Below the pieces are notes generated by a model, which had not been told where the DNA came from, did not search any database, and was given only the letters and a program-made list of their open reading frames with translations. A DNA stretch of 64,000 bases from assembly GCA_964016885.1 (NCBI GenBank), contig OZ024744.1, positions 80,352,001 through 80,416,000 on the forward strand. The letters are read 5' to 3'. The translations under genes and the position numbers were made by a program. Shown piece by piece: positions 58,700 to 64,000 of the stretch. This stretch comes from Eledone cirrhosa. Lineage: Eukaryota. The stretch's first letter is position 1; each line of letters begins with the position of its first letter.

Positions 58700-58872
58700 T
58701 AATATTCCGTTATGATAAAATTTACGAGGTATAAAAAAAATTGTCATAACGAAAAATTCTTTATAACGAGATCGACCTAACACATAAGCGTGTGGCCCGC
58801 GGATTGGAAGAAATATCGTTATACTGAAAAATTCGTTATAATAGTATTCGTTATAACGGAATTTTACCAGTA
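58700..58872. mobile_element. MITE-like fragment with repeated CGTTATAAC motifs
   Basis: Multiple direct and inverted (T)CGTTATA(AC) motifs, ending ...TTCGTTATAACGGAATTTTACCAGTA. Confidence 0.45.
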
Positions 58873-58989
58873 TCGAAACATTCATGGCCCATAGTAAACA
58901 GCTGACGAAGGGAAACTTTCCATCTCTTGTTTGTGTCGCCTTACCTTCTAACACTCGTTATCAGTAACCACACAGCCTCGTCTTCCTCA

Positions 58990-59024
<35 letters not shown>

Positions 59025-59026
<2 letters not shown>

Positions 59027-59337
59027 GACCCCCCCCCCCCCCGGTTATTCAGCGGTCCCGGTTATTCGCGGAATTTTCCTCGGAACCTAACTAATAATTG
59101 TTCGTGAAAACCACCGCATATTCGCGAAATTGTAAATATCCTCTGCAGATTTTTATGGATTTTTCGTAGATATATATATTTTTTCACGCTAAATTATTAA
59201 TAACAATATACTGTATTTACCGGCATATACTTTGACATTTATAGGCATTTTTATGAGCCACGTCCAATATTCGCGGTTTTCAACTCTTTGCGGGTGCTCT
59301 ATGGAACGTAACTCCGTCGAATATAGGGGGACAACTG
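59025..59337. mobile_element. Tigger/pogo-like MITE, copy 3
   Basis: Colinear with 52471-52759 (GAACCTAACTAATA..ACCACCGCATATTCGCG..GCTAAATTATTAATAACAATATAC..GGGGGACAACTG|TA). Confidence 0.78.
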
Positions 59338-59486
59338 TATCTATATACTTGAATAAAATGACTTAGACAAAAATATAAATTACTCATGCAGTTTCCATTC
59401 AGTGACGGGCGGGTTTATTGATTCTGTTCCGTCAATGCTTTCTTGACATTTTATTCGTGTAATTTTTATATATGTAACTTTCTGTC

Positions 59487-59565
59487 TACATAATAACTGC
59501 CTGATGAGGTCGTAACTGTTACGTGACACAGTTACTATCGAAACACGTATAACAGTGATTGTGTA
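59487..59565 (+). ncRNA. Minimal hammerhead ribozyme
   Basis: TACATAATAACTGC-CTGATGA-GGTC-GTAACTGT(loop)ACAGTTAC-TATC-GAAA-CACGTA-TA-ACAGTGATTGTGTA, then AATAAA. Confidence 0.75.
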
Positions 59566-59720
59566 AGAAATAAATGAGATAATTCTAACCTACTGAGTAA
59601 TACTTCATTGTTATACCAATACTCCGGACTGCACAGATCTACATGTATACTTTGTTGAGTGGTCTATCCTGCAAACACTAGTGTCAGTTGATTAACTAAC
59701 ACAGTATATATATATATATA

Positions 59721-60230
59721 AGCATGGTCAGCTTGCAACAAGATGGATCGAGTTTGGTGCTCAAATCTTTCCAACCACACCAAGATCAGACTCTTCCAAG
59801 TAACAATTCAACCAATCTTGCTATATGGAAGTGAAACATTGGACGCTTTCATCTAAACAACAAAAGCACTTTGATGGCACTTACACTCGCCTGCTTCAAC
59901 GCATTCAGAACATAAGCTGGCGACATCTGACTTTGAGAGAGATATATGCCGGCCGCCCACGCATATCTGTCGTTGTACGTAAAAGGAGAGTAAGATTTGC
60001 TGGCCACTGCCATCGTGCCACCTATGAGACTGTGTCCCCATTAGTGCTTTGGAAACCACAAGTAGTTACTAATAACAGGGGACGCAAGCTCTCCTATCCC
60101 GATGTCATATCCAGAGATTCTGGTATTTAAATCCAGGACTAGGCGGCGGCAATGAACGACAGACCCACGTGGAGATCAATTGTTGAGCCCATTTCGGCTG
60201 AAGTCGCCGGATGATGATGATGTTGATGAT
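59721..60230 (+). mobile_element. RTE-clade LINE 3' fragment with (GAT)n tail
   Basis: AWSACNKMDRVW..TKIRLF..ILLYGSET, frameshift, WTLS..DGTYTRLLQRIQNISW..RRVRFAGHCHR..LVLWKP..MNDRPTWR. It contains stops and a frameshift. Confidence 0.88.
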
Positions 60231-60231
60231 A

Positions 60232-60283
<52 letters not shown>

Positions 60284-60284
<1 letters not shown>

Positions 60285-61435
60285 TAGCAGTGTATCCCGG
60301 CGTTGCACGGGTAAGAACGTTGGTAATAGCACCTCTAATGAGAAATGTTTATTTGTGAGTGCCTGTTATTAAAAACTCACGAAAATATACCGACAGGAAA
60401 CTTGTTTTATTTGGAGAAAATTAAGAAGTTGAAAATACAGTTTAGCTGTCTACGTGCATTGTTCATAGAAATATTGTTGAGCCCTTTCTTTTCATACTCC
60501 TCTGTTTTGGCCTATTGGAGTAAATGTGAAAGAGAAAGTCTCAGGTTAAGTTGGCAGAAGGTTCCAGTGTCATAGCAGTAAGGCGTATGCTACTTACCTC
60601 AAAAGTTCATTCACACTCTTTCCACTAAGTTACTCTTTCTCTCTATCCCTTTCGGTGCAGTCCCTTGCGAATTTCTCGCGTAGGCCTGGCGTAGATTTGC
60701 ACCCGATGCACATCTCCACTTTGTACGGCTTTTGGAGGAAGGAGTGACCAGCAGTACGTTGTTCGGTATTATTACGAAAAGGTGTAGCAGAGAATCCCGC
60801 GTGAACTAACAGCTCGGGAGGAAACTGCTTACCTAGGAGATTCATTCGCCATCGTTCTTGTCCGTTTATTTGGTATTTGTTGGTCTACAGTTAGATGAAT
60901 GGCGCACAAAGGGTTAATGTTTATTGGCAAGAAGTGGTAACTGGGCTGGCTTGCCTCGCTTATATTATATATTAAAATAACAGATTAAAGTTTAAGCAAA
61001 GAATCGCTGCTTTCACCCTTAACAGGATCTTCTGAAACTAAAAAAATCAATCTGTGAACGCAGAAGTAAATATTTCGAAAAACGTTGCAACCGAAGGAAA
61101 ACAGGAATACGGTACTTTGGTTCGTGAAGACGTTCCCTGGCAATGAACGGAAAATAGCGAAGATAGTACGTCATCAATGTTTGTCATAATGTCGTAATGC
61201 AGACAGGCAGACATACAGACTGATATTATAAGGGCGCGACGGAGATCGATAACCGGCGCCTAACACTCCTTTAACAACAGAAAATTGAGAAATAAAAGCT
61301 GCCGTTAATATCTTTAGACGTAAGGAATATATAAATTAAGTTTGAAGTCAATCGGAGTAGAAATGTGGATTTGTATAGACTTTGCAAAAATGAGGACACA
61401 CACACACACAACTACAGTTTTATATATATGTATAG
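60284..61435 (-). mobile_element. Non-autonomous Helitron
   Basis: Minus-strand 3' end CCCGTGCAACGCCGGG-ATACACTG-CTAG|T. The probable 5' end is CTATACATATATATAAAA..(GT)n. Interior boundaries are uncertain. Confidence 0.6.
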
Positions 61436-61453
61436 TTGTGTATATATATATAT

Positions 61454-61629
61454 AATTTTAAAAAAAATGTTCGCTCATGGCTGAATACAATAAATGTCAT
61501 CTGAGTTTTTCGAATATTAATAATACCATTCGATTCGTTTGCAATTATGCAAACAAGCCTCATTTTTTCGAAAAACTCAGATTATATTTATTGCATTCAG
61601 CTTTTAGAGCGAAATTTTTTTTAAAAATT
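61454..61629. repeat. Imperfect inverted repeat (~60-bp arms); part recurs inverted at 61939-62015
   Basis: GCTGAATACAATAAAT..ATCTGAGTTTTTCGAA pairs with TTCGAAAAACTCAGAT..ATTTATTGCATTCAGC. 61491-61567 is the reverse complement of 61939-62015. Confidence 0.85.
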
Positions 61630-61672
61630 TGAATCTGGCAAAGCAGGCCCTTTATCGCTCGTATACAGGAAA

Positions 61673-61772
61673 CTGACTGGTCAGTCTGCTGATATGCAAA
61701 TCTGGCTGATCAGGGGATCTGCTAATATACAGATCTGACTGGTCAGCCAGTCTGCTAATATGCAAATCAGGC
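61673..61772. repeat. Three ~30-33-bp tandem repeats
   Basis: CTG(A/G)CTG(G/A)TCAG....TCTGCT(G/A)ATAT(G/A)CA(A/G)AT repeated three times. Confidence 0.8.
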
Positions 61773-61825
61773 CAATATTTTAGAAAATAGCATATATTTT
61801 CACTAGCTCTGACAGTTGGCAGGTG

Positions 61826-61885
61826 AACAGTGAGCTGTACTGATGAAGGGTGATACCCAGAAACATTAGTATCTGCAGTCCTGTT
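61826..61885 (+). ncRNA. Hammerhead ribozyme motif
   Basis: AACAG-TGAG-CTGTA-CTGATGA-A-GGGT(GAT)ACCC-A-GAAA-CATTAG-TA-TC-TGCAG-TC-CTGTT. Confidence 0.62.
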
Positions 61886-62010
61886 TACATGCCAACACAA
61901 GAGCAAGAATGAAGGGTTCATTCTACTGACATGGCTATAAAAATGAGGCTTGTTTACATAATTGCAAACGAATCGAATGTTATTATTAATATTCGAAAAA
62001 CTCAGATTAC

Positions 62011-62109
<99 letters not shown>

Positions 62110-62416
62110 TTCAAGAGTAACCGATCTTAAAGAGAGAGATGGAGATAGGAGAGGAGATAGGAGAGGAGAGATTGGTGAATTAGTTAGAAGCCGAAGCGTA
62201 AAGGCATGTGCTCAATGTGCAATATGCAGTAGAAAGCAGCTAGGTGGCTGGGTTCATGCAGAGGTTAGGTGCGCAGAGCTGGAAATATTCATTAGTTAAG
62301 CAAAGCAAGACCACAAACTTCACATGGAAGACATTATTAAAAGATTGTCAACATATTTTAGTTTGATGTAAGGAATGTAGAGAATAATAATAATAATATT
62401 AATAATAATAATGTCC

Positions 62417-62534
62417 GTTTACAATTGTTTCGCTACTCCATATAATATTTCTGGATCAAATGACTATATATCATTATTGATCTGGTTCAGTTGAAAATAA
62501 TTAACATATTTAAAACAGAGCGGCTCATCGGAAC
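62417..62534 (-). ncRNA. Hammerhead-like motif (CCGAUGA core, long stem II insert)
   Basis: Minus strand: GTT-CCGATGA-GCCGCTCT...GGAGTAGC-GAAA-CAATTG-TA-AAC. Helix I is only 3 bp. Confidence 0.58.
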
Positions 62535-62647
62535 TTCAAAGGAATATAAATTAAAATAAGGAGAGAATGTTACATAATGTAATGTTCCATATATTGGTAT
62601 GCGTGAGTTTGCGTGCGTTTGAGCGTTTGCGTGCGTGAGTGTGTGTG

Positions 62648-62704
<57 letters not shown>

Positions 62705-62708
62705 TTAA

Positions 62709-63948
62709 GGGAAGACTTTTGTCATACGGTTTCTCCTTGCCAAGGTTCGACAACACAGACACATAGCACTTGCTGTTGTGTCTTCCGGTATTGCAGCAAC
62801 CTTGCTTCCTGGGGTCAGGACAGCACATTCAGCCTTCAAACTCCCCCTCAATATGACAGCAAATGACTCACCCTGCTGTAATATTACCAAAGGATCAGAA
62901 AAGGCAGAACTGCTTAAAAGGGTGTGAACTTATAGTTTGGGACGAATGTACCATGGCTGATAAAGGAGCTTTGGAGGCACTGGACCGGACTTTAAGAGAC
63001 ATAAGAGACTCCCAGGATCCCATGGGAGGCGTGACTGTCCTTTTATCCCTGTTATTCCCAAAGGAACAAGGGCTGATGCTATTCGAGCATGCTTAAAGTC
63101 ATCTCCATTTTGGCGTTATGTCACAACATTAACGCTCTCTACGAACATGAAAGCTGGGATGCTTGGTGACCAAGTGTCATCAGATTTTGCTACCAACCTA
63201 TTGACACTTGGGAACGGCAAAGTGCCACTTGATGAAGATGAAAAAATCTCCCTGGAACCGGTCTGCACTTTAGTCGACAGTGTTGACGACTTGACAGATG
63301 CAGTATTCCCTGAGATGAGCACTAACTACCAAAATCCAAACTGGCTGTGCGAAAGGGCAATACTGACTCCGAAAAATGAGACTGTCGACAAAATCAACGG
63401 ACAACTGCTTATGTCTCTTCCTACAGCTTCGTGTACATACAAGTCCATCGATACAGTCACAGAATCCCATTAACTACCCAATTGAGTTTCTTAACTCATT
63501 GAACCCCTTCGGGTTGCCATCTCATCGATTGGAACTTAAGCAGGGATGCCCAATTATGCTTTTGAGGAATCTACACCCACCAAAACTCTGCAACGGCACC
63601 CGCCTTACAATAAATAAACTAACGCAAAACTTGATCGAGGCGACTAGTCTCTCGGGGTGTGGAAAGGGGGAAAATGTTTTTATCCCAAGGATTCCCCTTT
63701 GTCCGTCAACATCAGAGATCCCCTTTTCATTTAGGCGGCTCCAGTTTCCAGTTCGTTCTAGTTTCGCTATGACGATAAATAAGTCTCAGGGGCAAACATT
63801 GTCCGTCGCGGGAATAAACCTAGAAGAGCCATGCTTTTCGCACGGTCAGCTATACGTTGGATGTTCCAGAGTGGGAATCAAAAGAAACATTTATGTATTT
63901 GCTCCAAACGGTAAAACCACAAACATTGTGTACTAAGAAGTTCTGTAA
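62709..63948 (+). pseudogene. Helitron RepHel PIF1-family (SF1B) helicase domain, 5'-truncated and frameshifted
   Basis: [122 protein letters not shown], spread over several frames. Confidence 0.92.
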
Positions 63949-64000
63949 TCAACACTGCGACACAAACCGTCTTCTAACAATCAAATACCTCGCTGCTTTC

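Noticed and set aside
58895-58930. CTGACGAAGGGAAAC motif
   Set aside because: There is no room for helix II and no helix I complement.

Overview
Eukaryotic, AT-rich, repeat-saturated DNA. The SINE, MITE and microsatellite repertoire resembles cephalopod (Octopus-like) genomes; this is an inference from recall, not a database result. I cannot confirm any intact host gene. About 63% of the window (~9,880-50,037) is one ~40 kb, strongly strand-biased triplet satellite: the + strand is almost only A and C. It is built from ~1.2-2.2 kb higher-order units and nested multi-kb duplications. The many long minus-strand V/G/W/C-rich ORFs are by-products of this array. The flanks (1-9.9 kb and 50-64 kb) contain decayed RTE, R4/Dong-like and Tx1-like LINE fragments, tRNA-derived SINEs, piggyBac-like and Tigger/pogo-like MITEs, non-autonomous Helitrons, a Helitron PIF1 helicase pseudogene, and a ~4 kb head-to-head palindrome of a Penelope-like element (GIY-YIG). 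The most notable signal missed by the ORF track is about ten minimal hammerhead-ribozyme motifs from about seven unrelated sequence contexts in ~24 kb. Nearly all read CUGANGA-stem II-GAAA-[6-nt palindrome]-UA, the dimer-type form known from Penelope pseudo-LTRs. Several foldback insertions flanked by (TA)n occur alongside them.
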